A DNA stretch of 58,941 nt, filler included, from Sphacelaria rigidula (Eukaryota), in NCBI GenBank assembly GCA_964200075.2. It is 6 parts of 6 records of this genome, joined end to end, with 100 filler letters (N's around TTAATTAATTAA, not from the genome) between each part and the next. Parts side by side here need not be neighbours in the genome. Positions count along the whole stretch, not along the records: positions 1 to 9,742 come from CAXNAA020007859.1; positions 9,843 to 19,583 come from CAXNAA020007860.1; 4 more parts are not named here. One strand, given 5' to 3'. Positions within the stretch are counted from its first letter, which is position 1, and the number at the start of each line of letters is the position of its first letter. Under the pieces are notes generated by a model, which saw only the letters and a list, made by a program, of their open reading frames with translations, was not told where the DNA came from and ran no database searches. Below are positions 1 to 12,012 of the stretch, one piece after another. The translations under genes and the position numbers were made by a program.

Positions 1-40
1 GGGCGTACTCATTTGTTGCCTGCCTTAGTCGTGTGACCAA
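1..40 (-). mobile_element. 3'-terminal fragment of the oligo(C)-tailed LINE family (same family as the LINE ending at ~34143)
   Basis: The reverse complement TTGGTCACACGACTAAGGCAGGCAACAAATGAGTACGCCC matches 34085-34123 (TGGTCAAACGACTAAGGCAAACAACAAATGAGTACGCCC) with 3 mismatches. Confidence 0.85.
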
Positions 41-1276
41 TGATGGGGGGGGGGGGGCGCGTTGAAAATGCCCATCACAGTGGACTTTGCTGGTCGGCGG
101 GTGTGGGTTCAGCGTTCGCTGATACGTTAGTCGACAACGAAGCTATCCGTATGCATAGATGTTATCAAGGTGGTGTCACAGTTACGCTGTTGTGTCTTGT
201 GTCTAAATTAGTCGCTGCCCTTCTGCGCGCTGTGTGCTCTGGAGCACGGTGTAGTTGTGTCAAGGTCTGTGGAGAAAAACACCCCGGAATCCGTAAATTA
301 TGCGGGATCATATTTGTGTAGCTATCCTCAGCTCAGAAATCTCTGTGACTGTGCCTTCTACTAGAAAAGTGGTAGTGCCGACGGCCCTTGGGTTCGGAGG
401 GCACGTGTGAATGTTTGGGGGGCACAAGCTTTTTTCCCGCGCCTGTTCCTAGAGCTAACGTTGAACATGGAGTGACTTCGACGAAAGTAGTCCCCGGGTC
501 AAGAGCCACCTCAGAAAGAGAAGCCCTCCCTCCTTGGTGATCTTCTGCGAAGTAGTAAATAAGCTGTACACGACTTAGTTTGGCCCACGGTGTTCTTCGC
601 GTACCAGGTACGAGGTACGAGGTGCCGACCGACTGTACTACTACTATCGTAGGGTTGGCGAGGCGTTCCGCTTGGATGACGGCAAAATGTCATACCCTGG
701 ACAATATGTGGTCAATGTTTGCAACATAACAAAAATTGCACGGCTTAAAGGATACGCTTATTATTGCAACTGTTTACCACATACTATACTGTCCAGGATG
801 CGCAAAATGTAACGAAATCGTGCGTGTGAAGTGTTTGTAGCATACTTCCGGCAGGAATTTCGGCTTTTTACTATGTTATTCAGGACGCGAGAACTTCGGC
901 AGTGCGCAGGTCACGGGCATCTCGAGAACACGTTATTGCAGAGAAAATTGATTCCTTAACGAAGTGGAAGGAAACACAGGAGCCAATTAGCTTCGACGAG
1001 TAGGTGTATCGGCGGGCCTGTTTTTGCGAAGATTTCGGGATCTTTATCGCACAACTGTTCGTACATCGACTCAACAAACGTTCGCAATGAAACACAAAGA
1101 TTTGATGACGCTTGGCAAATGACTACAACATAAGTATTTTGCAGTCGAAGTAAACGTCAAATACCCTCTCAAAGATGTCAATGCTGGAGTTATTGTTGGT
1201 TTTAGAAATCTCTGCACCGGCTTTTTTTGCATTTTCGTCCAATCTCGGTTTATAAAAAGTGAAAAACTCCTGTCTT

Positions 1277-1382
1277 CACCTTCTTCCTGTGTGACCCCAG
1301 CTGATACGCCCATGTATACCGATGGTTGTATAATGGCGTCCAGAATAGATGGAATGACACACACATACACACACACACACAC
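1277..1382 (+). mobile_element. 5'-truncated copy of the (CA)n-tailed SINE seen at 23131-23495
   Basis: It shares CCTGTGTGACCCC-GCTG...GGCGTCCAGAATAGA-GG with 23409-23476 and ends in a (CA)n run. Confidence 0.7.
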
Positions 1383-1709
1383 TCGAGAAGAGCAAGCTCG
1401 GAATTGACAGCAGTGCAGTGTAGCCATGGTGTTCAGTGTTGAGGCTGTGAACACGGAATTTTAGAAATTGGGGATGGATTTTTTATTCAGGATGAGAAAC
1501 CCGGGAAATAAAAATCTTCGAAATATAGTCCCACTCCTTCACCTACTGATAGCATTTAACAACTACTTCACGCCATACAAATGTGGATCCTGATAACCGA
1601 CATGTTGGGGTCCCAAGTGAAGAAAAAAAGTTGGGCAATTTAGATGATCCGATCAGATCGCCGAAATTCCCACAATTGGGTCTTCATCTGGGACCCCACA
1701 TTTTTTTAT

Positions 1710-2468
1710 ACTTTCTACGATAGCCCCCCCCCAAACCAGCCCAGAAGTGCCAGGAAACAAATGGTCACACGGCGCCTGATGTTTGGATTCAGAATTTATG
1801 AAGCGCCTCATATGGGCGACATTGGCGAGAACGAACCCAAGCGTGGGAATTCCCAGCTTAGGGATGCTACGGTAGGGGTGCCTGAATGTTTTTTGAGGTT
1901 TGAATTTTTAGGAGCGTAGCCTCTGTGAGACGATCTGGACAAGAGGGCTTTCAACAAGGAACTCCTCCTGTATCACTGGCCTCGTGCTCGACAAGTCCTT
2001 TCTTCTCGCACTTGTTATTATCACGGAGTGATCCAGAAACAGACCACATCATGAGCTAGACGGGAAGGGGCCACACAGATAAGGGCCATTAATCCAGGAT
2101 CCCCTGTCCCCTGCCACTGCTCCAATCATGCGTGCGATTATACTTAAACCTATGGCTTAGTGTCATTTGGCTATACAGCCCTTTATCTCATCCACAACAC
2201 GACTCATGAAATATGTGAGAGTACGCTAGGATTACTAGTCCAATGTGCTAGGGATGTCCCAAATGAATTTGCAAACGGGGGTGCCCTTATACCCATGTTC
2301 TTGTACATCTAGAATCTTTAGGAGCCCCTGAACCAGACAAGATATCGCGCAAAAAGTGCACCCCTACCGTAGCATTGCTCAGCTACTCGTTGTATTCCGA
2401 TTTTTCCATTTCGCTTTACGTGAAACTTTAGCCTGGCACTTTTTTTGGGGGGGGGTATCGTAGAAAGT
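1710..2468. mobile_element. Non-autonomous foldback/MITE-like element with long imperfect inverted arms
   Basis: Nested inverted pairs: ACTTTCTACGATA (1710-1722) with 2456-2468; AAGTGCCAGG (1745-1754) with 2432-2441; a perfect 18-bp ATGCTACGGTAGGGGTGC (1864-1881) with 2358-2375. True outer ends are not defined. Confidence 0.6.
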
Positions 2469-5009
2469 GTCATTTCGGTTATCGAAATTCAAATTTCTAT
2501 GGCGTGTAGTAGTTGTCAATAGCTACCAGAAAGCGACGAAATGAAACCATATTTTGAAGATTTGATGTGGATACAACGGTCTGTCGAAAAAATATTTCGA
2601 GGCACGTAAACCCAAAATCGAAAATTCGAGTTTTTGAGAGAGGGGGGGGGGGCACCCAGCCTGCTGTCCCCTAATTTATTGCCGAGGCGTTGGCGGATGC
2701 GGTCAGCTGCCCGTGTACAGAGATCCTTGGCATGGAGATCGCTGAGATGACGGACACACCGCCCCTCCAAGCTCATCACCTACCATGATTACATTTATTA
2801 TGGGATCATGTTCCTTGTCGTGTGTCTCGACTACTTAGCGCCAGTCCGGGCAAATAGGCGAGGCGTGAGGTATTGTTGCTACTTTGGCCACAAGGTGTCG
2901 CTACCGTGCACTCGTGTATTGTACATGGATGTGTGTGAGCGTTGCCAGCATCCCAGTTCATCGGGACAGGGCGGGCAAGGAGCAGAAGCGAATATACGAA
3001 GCTCGCAAGGCCCGCCAGACTTTGCGGTTTTCGTCAGTGTTGGTTGATCATTTTTCTCAATGATATCAACAACAAAAACAAAAAAATCATGACATTTTTC
3101 GAAAACTTGCCCTCCGGGAGGGGGGCTCGGTGTCCGAATTTATTCTCTCGACAGACCCTTGGAGGATACGAAGATTTAAATTCTCCGGGTTCTCGGCCTC
3201 AAAAGAAATCCATCCCCAATTTGTAACTTCCTGTTTGTGGGGGTGTAACATGATCTGCATGAAAAAAACAGCAGAGCTAATTTTCGGGAAACGGGATTCT
3301 ACGACGGTAAGTGTACACTTTTCTTGTCAAATAGTGTTCTAAGGTGGCACACTACGGCCCGGATGTTTGTCATCAAGACACTCCGACAGTGCAGAACCTC
3401 AGAAAGAAAATATTCACCCCTACCGTGGAACCACTCGGGACTTCAAATTTCCAGGTTGAGGAAAAAAAAAAATGCATTGCGAAGTGTAACAAGAAGCCGT
3501 GCAACTTTCCCAGAAGGGGAAGGAAAACGTGCATGGAAAACGTGAAACACCGCGTGTCGAGTGCAAGAGCGTTGGAATAAATGAGTATTTTCCATCAGTT
3601 AGCGCGGAAGAAAGCGCCCAGGTGCCTGATATGCCGAGTCAACATGTTTTGCGTGACACCAAATGTTCATTACCTGATGACGTACACAGTCAGTCATTCA
3701 TCCACCGGAGCTCTAGCAAAATCGGCCCTCAGAGGGAGTGGTCGACACGCTTCATTCCGGACGCCCATTTTCTAGGCCGGTCGTATCATGTTTTCATACT
3801 CATCACGCTTTCGCCTGCCTTCAACCCTCCATCACTAACCAACTACAATTATGAATATATGCTCTCCAATGATGGTGTTTCGCTTGCATTCCGTCTCATC
3901 CTCTCATAACTGGGTCGCCGGCCTGCCAAAATTTAGCGCTCTGATTCTCCCCGGGGGGCTGTCTGTCTGTCCTTCCCCGCGTGTAGTCGGTACGCCGAAA
4001 GAGCGCGTGTTGGTCAACGGTGTCCTCAAGAACCTCATTCGTCACTTTGATCTCGGGTCACTCGACAAGAAATCCTATATCGCAGATCCAATTAATCAAT
4101 TGATTTCAGCGTGCTTGGCCCTTTGAACAGAAACTGTCCCCTGGATACACCAGGACATACACCAGTCTGATATGATGAACGAAAACATGCACATACATTC
4201 CGTGTACAGTATCAAGAATCGGATCGATTTCACGACGGACAAAAACAAGTAGCATGGAGCACGGCTGCTATATGGGCAGAAACATCTCGCTCACGAACAA
4301 AAACACAAGAGAAACGACTTCTTCTCCCCCCCTCGGCAACACAAATACACGGAGGCCTATGGAGCAAAAATCACAGTACTGCTACTGCAGATGTTTTTCC
4401 CCGCGCTACCTCTTTACCTGGTCACGAAAACACACCACACATCACACTAAGTTGTGCCTAACACAAAGGGTGGGGTCCCTCGAAACACACCGGTCACGTC
4501 ATCATTGTGGACCTGCGAGCAGAGTCATGGCCCGAAGCAACACTCCAAACAAGTGCTTCGAAAAGGAGCGGCTCGACAGGCCGCCTGTTCTTCACGTACT
4601 GTACATTCGATGTTTTAACAATTCGTTTGTACGGATCCCTCAACGCCGGCCGACATCAGGGGTATAATCACGTTCCATACATCCACACAACCTCCAAAGG
4701 CCGGATCTCCAAAGCTCATTGCACACTCGGCTTTGTCTGTGCCGTACGCTTCCGACGCATCCTCGCGCGCTCTCAACACCGACACTACTGCTCCGCTAGT
4801 CTATAACCCGAACCTAGTAAAAGCACCCAAGTGGGATAACGCCTCATCGTCTCCGCATAAATTTCGCGACCCGCACACGCTTTTCCCTCCTCCCCCCCAC
4901 CCCCCCCCCAAGATCATTTGCTTGACAACCTAACGCCTAAAAAAACTATAAGTACCATCTTCAAAAACGGACAGAAACCTCAAATATCTGCTTTCAAGAT
5001 CATGTCCCG

Positions 5010-5453
5010 TCAAGGGCTTGCGGCATCATCATTTCCGTCATCCGACCCCACCATGGCCTCCAAACTGTCCATGGCTTCCCGTGGTGGCGACGCGTCGCCT
5101 GGTTGGGACCCTACCCCCCCTGGCGCCACCCCCTCTGCCGCCCCTGCTGGCAACGCAGTGCTCTGCTCCGCCGGTCCTCGCTCGTCAGTGTCATCCTCCA
5201 TTCGGTCGTCAGGATCAGCGCCACCCGCAACCCCACTGCCGTCGGTGCTGAACGCCTGCGGATCAGGGGAAGATTCCATACCTTCGCTTGCCCCAGACAG
5301 CGGCGGTGTGCTAGGAATGTCGGAGCTGCCACCGCCGCCGCTACGCGTAGGCGTTGCTGGTGGGGAAATATTGATGGGCGCGGGCGGGGATGCCGTGTCG
5401 TCCATCATGGCCGAAAAGTCGGCAAAACCTCCGTATTGCGGGAATTCCGCAAA

Positions 5454-5488
<35 letters not shown>

Positions 5489-6161
5489 TACCAGCATTAC
5501 TTGCTCTTGCTCCGGCTCCATCCGCCCCCCCTCCCTGACCAGAGGATGAGCCCCAAGTCGGGGGACTAGGCGCAAAGACGTTCGGTCCCGGGCCGGGGTC
5601 CATGCCCCCGGGCGTTGACGATGAGTCGATGGCGAAGACGGAGTCGAACGTCGCGAACCCACCGCTGCTGTTGCTGCTGCCGCCGCCAGCCCCTGTGGCA
5701 GATTGAGTAGAATTACTGCTCGTCGGCGGTGCTGCAGGCTGTGGGTCGGCGAAGTCGAAGTCGGCGAAGTTAGCCCAGCCTTCGTTGACCCCCGAGGATG
5801 CCTCTCCAAACGTGCTGCCACCGTCTCCGCCGTCTCCACCGCCGGTCGAAGAACCAGCGACTCCCATCAACGAGCCCCACGCGCTCCCCCCCCCCGAAGA
5901 GCTCATGAAGTTACCAGAGCCGAACATCATAGACAGGGCATTGTTGTTTGACAAAGATCCACCGCCGCCGGCGGCACTATCCATGCCCTCGAAGTCGATG
6001 TCGTCATCTACATCTCCCGTGTCGTTCATAGCGCCACCCGCACCGCTGTTACCGGCTCGCCCCTGCTGCTGTGAAAGACCTTGCCCTCCGGCCAGGCCGG
6101 AGGAGCTATGCATCCTTGCGAGGTTTTCCAATATACCAGTCGTATCGTCCATGTCCACCGC
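5010..6161 (-). CDS. Terminal exon of SAPS-domain (SIT4/PP6 regulatory subunit-like) gene; Gly/Ser/Asp-rich low-complexity tail
   Basis: The acceptor ...CCACCAG|GCGGTGGAC is at 6161 (phase 0). The frame is open to the stop at 5010 and contains WANFADF/FATFD/FAEF/FADF motifs. It is in frame with the upstream exons. Confidence 0.75.
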
Positions 6162-7039
6162 CTGGTGGATGGCATGAAGCAGGGTAGGGAGGGGGGGGGT
6201 GCGGGAATTTCGTGTCATCATGGAGCTGGAGAGCCCCCATTCCTGTACACCAGCTGTACGTTTCCAACAGCTTCACACCACGCAACAAGATTCGTATTCA
6301 GAACCTGTAGTGAACTACTCGTATAAATGACACTTTGGTACCGCCAACAAGTCGTCAAAACCCCACGTGTCTGCAGGGAAACTAGGCGAATTTTGTAATC
6401 GGGTATTTTCCCCCCTACTTTTCCCGCATGCTATTTTTCCCTATACTCGAAATTGCTAGAGTCGATACTGGGAAAATAGACAGGTGTGGAGGACATGATC
6501 CTAATGTTGGCGTTGTCACGGTGATACGACGTCGAACCTCGTTCATCAGGAGGGTATTACTGACCGTCATCGTCAAGAAAACGCAATTTTAAGGCTTTAG
6601 CGTAATCAATAGGTGAAAATTTCAGAATCGGGAGACAGTTATAGTTAGTTGATTACGAGAACGATCGGGGTTGGTTTAATCGAGCAAAAATACTCGGAGA
6701 GTCAGAACATGGAACTGTAAACTCGCAGGACCCCCGAGAACCGGTCACTCCGTAAGATGTTCAATATTGGGTGCAGCAATGATTTTCTTCTCGGAATGTG
6801 AAGCTGATGCTGGTATCTCCCGATCCCCAAACTTTGGGATCAAGCGTTCACCATGGTGAGCGGTGGCTCGCGAAAAGGCCAATAAAAAAATATCCTGTGA
6901 CGAAACTCGTTCACAATAGTTCTTGCTTGCAGACTACAATGTATTACAGTAGTCCTCTCCTGAACAAATGATACATGAGAAGAAGACAAGAAGCAGGGAC
7001 ATTTCGCTTAGCGGGTGACACAGCGCTGTCTTCTTTCAC

Positions 7040-7156
7040 CTCGTCTGGAAAGTCGGAAGAGAGCTGATTTTCATCCTCGCGAGAGGGTACGGTGAATCCT
7101 CCGAGAGGATTTAGCTGCCTCTCCAGCTGTTCCGCGAGTGTCGTCGACACAAACTC
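7040..7156 (-). CDS. Internal exon of SAPS-domain gene (EFVSTTLAEQLERQLNPLGGFTVPSREDENQLSSDFPDE)
   Basis: AG acceptor and GTGAAA donor, 117 bp, phase 0/0. It joins ...EQWQ|EFVSTTL..., matching the W-x-x-F-V...LGG end of SAPS domains. Confidence 0.75.
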
Positions 7157-7436
7157 CTGTTCAGGCGCGTGACACATGATACGACGAAGCGCGAAAATCC
7201 ATTGGTCATGACGCGGCATCACATCTTTTGAGGTTGGCCATATTTGATCATAGTTATTCTATATTGTTCATTGCTGTTTAGCTTGTATCGCGTCTGTGTT
7301 TTTTTTTCCTGTTTTTTTTTTTCCGATTTCATCATACCTTGTTCTAGGTAGCTAGCCTGTGACCACGGAAGGCGTCCGCATCAGATGAACAGTACGGATG
7401 TACCGCGCAGATATCGGAACGGTTTTTAATATGAAG

Positions 7437-7477
7437 ACAACAATAACAACAACAACAACAACGACGACAACAACAAC
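7437..7477. repeat. Imperfect (ACA)n microsatellite in intron
   Basis: ACAACAATAACAACAACAACAACAACGACGACAACAACAAC. Confidence 0.9.
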
Positions 7478-7609
7478 ATGATAGCGGTGCGGAAGAAGCC
7501 TAGGTTCTCACAAGATATGTACTGGTTACTCGTAGAACCACTCCCGTTTGTGATAACTACGTACGCATGGAACACGCAGACCAAATAGTTGAGAATACGG
7601 AAGAATGAT

Positions 7610-7649
7610 CGGGGGTGTACTTATGATCATGCATGCCATAGTCCGGGGG
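7610..7649 (-). mobile_element. 28-bp 3'-end insertion of an oligo(C)-tailed retroelement with CGGGGG target duplication
   Basis: CGGGGG (7610-7615), then TGTACTTATGATCATGCATGCCATAGTC, then CGGGGG (7644-7649). The insert matches 9675-9702 with one mismatch. Confidence 0.75.
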
Positions 7650-7864
7650 GTAGTCACAACACACACGATGAAACACCGCCCAATGAGGCACACATGCGGA
7701 GACGGGCAATTGGAGGAAAAAATGATAAACCAACTGCGGGCACCGGCGGGTAGGGGCGCACATACAAGAACAAGCGCTCCTCACAGAGCACGGCCCGGAG
7801 AGCATAGGCATCGAAGAGATAAAAAATCATCAACACGTACACAAAGGGCACACACGAAACATAC

Positions 7865-8857
7865 CTGCCACTGCTCTGCACACTCTCGGCGGGCCATAAG
7901 ACCCGCCACAAAACTTTTCCTCGCGGCAGGACCCTCTTTCTCCATCGGCGCCACGCCCGCCCAATCTCCTTCATCCTCCCTCTCCTCCCCCGTACTCCCA
8001 ACCTTCCCTCCGTCCCCCGCCCCCCGGTTAACATCGCCCCGCCCCTCACTTTCCCCGCCTGCCCCCCCATCTCCTCTTACACCAGCCTCCTCCGTTAACC
8101 CCTCTCGCGGCTCCTTATTTTGCGCGTCTACGATCGCTCGACTGAGAAGTATTACGTGCCCCATGTGCCCGAGACGTCGGCCACGTCGAGCAATTCTTGG
8201 CTTTTCTTCATCATCTGTCGCCACACTCGCCGCCGCCTCCGCCTCTTCTTCCCCGCCCGGAACGGCCACAGCAGCAGCAGGATCAGCTTTGCCAGCGCTT
8301 CCTTCTCCTCCAGCGGCGGCGGCGGCCGCCGCTGCCGCCGCCTGATCTGCGCCCGGGGATGCGTCACCTTCTTCCACCACCCCATCCGGGGTCGATATCG
8401 CGTCATCTGGCGGCGATACTTCGGGTGTATCCCCCGATTCTTCTGTCACCGCCTTCTCCGCTGTCTCTACATCCGAGGACCCGCTGCCACCCTCTACCGC
8501 CGCTGCCGGTGCATTCCCCACCGCCGCTACCGCCGCCGCCATAGCTGGTGTGACCTCCTTTGGTCCCCTCTCCGCGTCCTCGTTGACGGCCACCGCTTCG
8601 AGGAGGCGTTCCGCCAACCGGCAATCTTCGAACAGATGGCGTTGGAACGGCTCCCGACGGCCAGAGTTAGCGGCGAGCCTAGCAGCCTCCGTGGTTTCCG
8701 CGACCCAGGCAGCAGCCATAGCCTCGTCCAAGCCGACGGGTGGTGGCGGGAGAGGCGAGGCGCCGAGAATGCTCAGAACGGCGCCGGAGACGCTGGCGTG
8801 CAGCATGGAGGATGATTCATACGTGAACATCATCTCTAGGAAGGTAGCCATAGCGGC
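7865..8857 (-). CDS. Large internal exon of SAPS-domain gene
   Basis: Acceptor GCTCAG|GCC at 8857, donor CAG|GTATGT at 7865, 993 bp. It encodes FLEMMFTYESSSMLHASV, HLFEDCRLAERLL and RLGHMGHVILLSRAIV, which resemble the SAPS F-F-x-Y-x-x-N-N-F-L-H and GYMGHL motifs. Upstream exons were not found in this contig. Confidence 0.8.
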
Positions 8858-9668
8858 CTGAGCATCGGGGGACCGTTGAAGCGGAGCGAAAGTGGAGCGA
8901 GTCCAAACGAATTCTGGGGGGTTCAGCATTACTCAACGAAAAAATAGAAAGATAAAGTTACAACATGGCCTGCCGAATCGAGGGAAGATTGACGGGATGG
9001 GCAGCTCGACGTGGACGTCCGTCGAGTGCGAAGTGCCGCGGTGGATTGCGCACTATTTCAATACAGAGCGTGGGTGTGGGCTTCAATCGTACGACACTGG
9101 CTGCATTGAGCCGATTAAACAGGACATGTAAACAACGCACAGCCCTCTCTACCCAACAAGCGTCGTCACTGCAGTATACTTGAGAGGACTCTGGAAAATA
9201 TCATCTACTTGGTTGCTCCTCAAGCACGCAAACCTAAGACGTTCCAACGGGTACGCTGCAGTTCCCATGCCAATGAACCCGCCGGGGAATAAACCCCTGG
9301 ACCAGAACACCCGAGCAAATTACCTCAGCAATCAAAACTTGGTCGATAGCTCGGTTGTCCATTCCTACGAGCGTTTCCAAAAATCGCACCACCTGGTACG
9401 CGAGCAATACATAAGGGGGGAAACACGGGTTACACAGGAGTTTCAAAAATAACATTCTTGTGCAACCGGCGCAACAATGCTTTTGCTTCAACATGGCACA
9501 CCTCGCTTAAAGCCCCCTTGTTCACGTAAGCCACTAGGGGTCTGTCTAATTCGCCGCACATCTACCGACCAGCGACACCGTTGGGCGAGGCAGATTGTGG
9601 CTATATTCAGCATGATTGTGCAGTGGATTCAATGTCGGCCAATCTAATTTTCTTACTTCACATTCAAT

Positions 9669-9742
9669 GGGGGGTGTACTCATGATCATGCATGCCATAG
9701 TCATGAGGCCATTGACCTCGCATCCCTACTAAGCCGGGACGA
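9669..9742 (-). mobile_element. 3' end of oligo(C)-tailed retroelement (cut by contig end)
   Basis: G6 followed by TGTACTCATGATCATGCATGCCATAGTCATGAGGCCATTGACCTCGCATCCCTAC; near-identical to 22111-22180. Confidence 0.8.
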
Positions 9743-9842
9743 NNNNNNNNNNNNNNNNNNNNNNNNNNNNNNNNNNNNNNNNNNNNTTAATTAATTAANN
9801 NNNNNNNNNNNNNNNNNNNNNNNNNNNNNNNNNNNNNNNNNN
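9743..9842. other. Artificial contig linker
   Basis: 100 bp of N with a central TTAATTAATTAA (stop codons in all frames). Confidence 0.98.
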
Positions 9843-9968
9843 AAAAGTTGCGTGGATACCCCTTGGGCCAGCGGTCGACGTTTTTCTCCCTTTTGCGCAA
9901 TCAGGCCGAAGAAATCGTGGATTTGGTGATTCGAACCCGTGATAACTCGTCCTGACCGTGAAATCTTC
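9843..9968 (+). repeat. Diverged copy of the dispersed repeat at 48081-48348 and 55067-55326
   Basis: It shares GCGGTC-ACGTTTTT...GAAAT-GT-GATTTGGTGATTCGAAC...GTGAT...TGAAA. Confidence 0.6.
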
Positions 9969-11919
9969 TGTCCACGGTTGCGTACGTTTCCATATATAAT
10001 TTAGGGTCCGGTACATCTTCACTTCTAATGTAACGGAGGGCCCGGTATATTTCCACCTGTACATGTATGTGATATCGAGAAAAATCCGCAACATCTGGGC
10101 GAACTGCAGGTAACGCAATCGCCAAATTTTTCACCTGCAAACTCTGCTCCAGTGCACTTTAAATTGGCATCGCTAGAAGGACACCACCATAACAACCTTG
10201 CCGGCTGCCAGACTGTGAGGGCGTGGGATCCGCTAGCATTGCTACTGTCTGTACTGGGGTGTTGCCCCCTTGTCAGGTACGTTTGAAGCTTGATGCTCGA
10301 TCAAGATCATCCTTCCTTGTACATGGGCACCAAACGCTGGGCGTTCCCACTCAAGACTTCGATTTGGAGGATGATACTAGGTAGGCAGCGGCAACTGCTG
10401 TGTGTCCAGGTGCCCCTTGGGGCAGGATGCGTTTGGTGTCTGTTCGGCGAAGTTATCCCCAAAACACTGAAGTCAGTAGGGGTTTCAGAGTGAAAAAATC
10501 TAGCAAAACAAATATCACAAGAATCGGGTCGCAAAAATCCTGTCGCAGAAACGGAGTTGCAAAAAAAACGCCTAGTCGAATTTTCACCCGCAGCAAAAAC
10601 CAAATTCATCTTGTGAGATTGGAATCATCATTACGGGAGCAGATAATCCGAATTCCACGACCAGTAAAATTCCAAAAGACATTCCCCACATTCGGGATGA
10701 AAACCTCATCATTTTTACCCTTTCATGGCGGCTTCGGCATTTCCCGGTCGGATACATGGAACACTCCAGGTTCCAAGTCAGGACGGACGAAAACGGAAGT
10801 AGATTTGTCCAATGTTTTGAACCTATTTTGTTATTACCCTTCCAAGAATATTTAGCCACTTTTCTTCAAAGCACTAATGAGTTCAACCTTCAGGAACCGA
10901 TCCCCGATGGACCTACCCGTGGTAACTAGATAGACGTACCAAAGATAAACAAAAACGAAAATGCTCGCTAAGGAAATAGTTAGGAATACAGAAGGATGGC
11001 ATAGACAGTGGACCTTGGGTGGGCTAAAAAAACACCAGAAATGGCCGGCCTCTGCAACATGGCTTTAGATGGGAAGCATCTTGCGAAAAACGCACATGCA
11101 ATCATACCAAAACGAAAACTTGACAGCCGTGGTAACGTATCACGACTCAGCTATTTCGGCTACGCTATTTTGGTATGAATTCGGACCCGTAAACCCTGCG
11201 GAAGCGAGGCATCGAACTACGACTTGCATAGACCAGGAGGGAAGAAACACACACCTAGAGAAAGGAAGATATGGAGAGAGAGGACAGCGAGGAAAACTAC
11301 GCAAGCGATGAAGCCTACGGACAAAAAAGTACGTACAAAAACGGTACAACCAGGGAACACCGCAAGGCCGCCGGCCAAGGACAGAGTAAACCGCCGGAAA
11401 CAACGAGACGGGGGTACGTCACTTTCCGTGTGGACCCAGCTTCCGACACACATCCCTAGTCGGGTAAAAAGCAGGATATTCTCTCGACCACTTCCATCCT
11501 AGATCCTTCACGGGCTATTGCTCTTGCATCGCAATGCAGCTCTCCAATTAATTTCTTTCGATGCAGCCACCCCTCTCGTGTGGCGCAGGTCCTATTCGCT
11601 TTGTCTCCGCGTCGTACGTCTCCTCGAAGCTTGCTGCCCCTCTCGATTCAACACCACAGCACTCTATCAGGAAAACGCATTTAAACTAGGAGATCATAAA
11701 ACGTCGGGAAAACTTCTACAATGAATGCATTTGGTAACCCCTCGGACACGTAGAGTCGGAACTATTACCACGACCACAAGGACCACTAGCGCCCTCACAT
11801 ACTCACCAACATCTTCACGCCAGTGCAGTGCAAAGGCTGATCTTATCCTCTAGCCCACAAGGCTGTACTGGCCCTTCATTCGCACGGCGATTTGCATCTC
11901 CTCGGGAGAGAGCGGTGCA

Positions 11920-12012
11920 TACTAACCCCAATCCTGACCTCAACGCGAAGCATATCAAGCACCCCTGGGTGAGGGGGGTGGGGTGCAAAGCGTGCCCTGG
12001 GCAAAGTGTACA
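11920..12012 (-). repeat. Dispersed repeat with telomere-like (GGGTTA) word; related copies at ~39895-39952, ~45840-45920, ~58860-58895
   Basis: The core CCCTTGCCCGAGGGTTCTCGGTATGC...GTTGGG...GTTAGT is shared by 39901 and 45871 and, as reverse complement, by 58862. 11920-12012 is a diverged reverse complement of 45840-45920. Confidence 0.6.

Noticed and set aside
4918-8861. Plus-strand ORFs of 100-250 aa overlapping the SAPS exons
   Set aside because: They are antisense shadows of GC-rich low-complexity coding sequence with no independent motifs.
9787-9798. Recurrent palindrome TTAATTAATTAA at ~9.84-kb spacing
   Set aside because: It is embedded in N runs and is an artificial all-frame stop linker.
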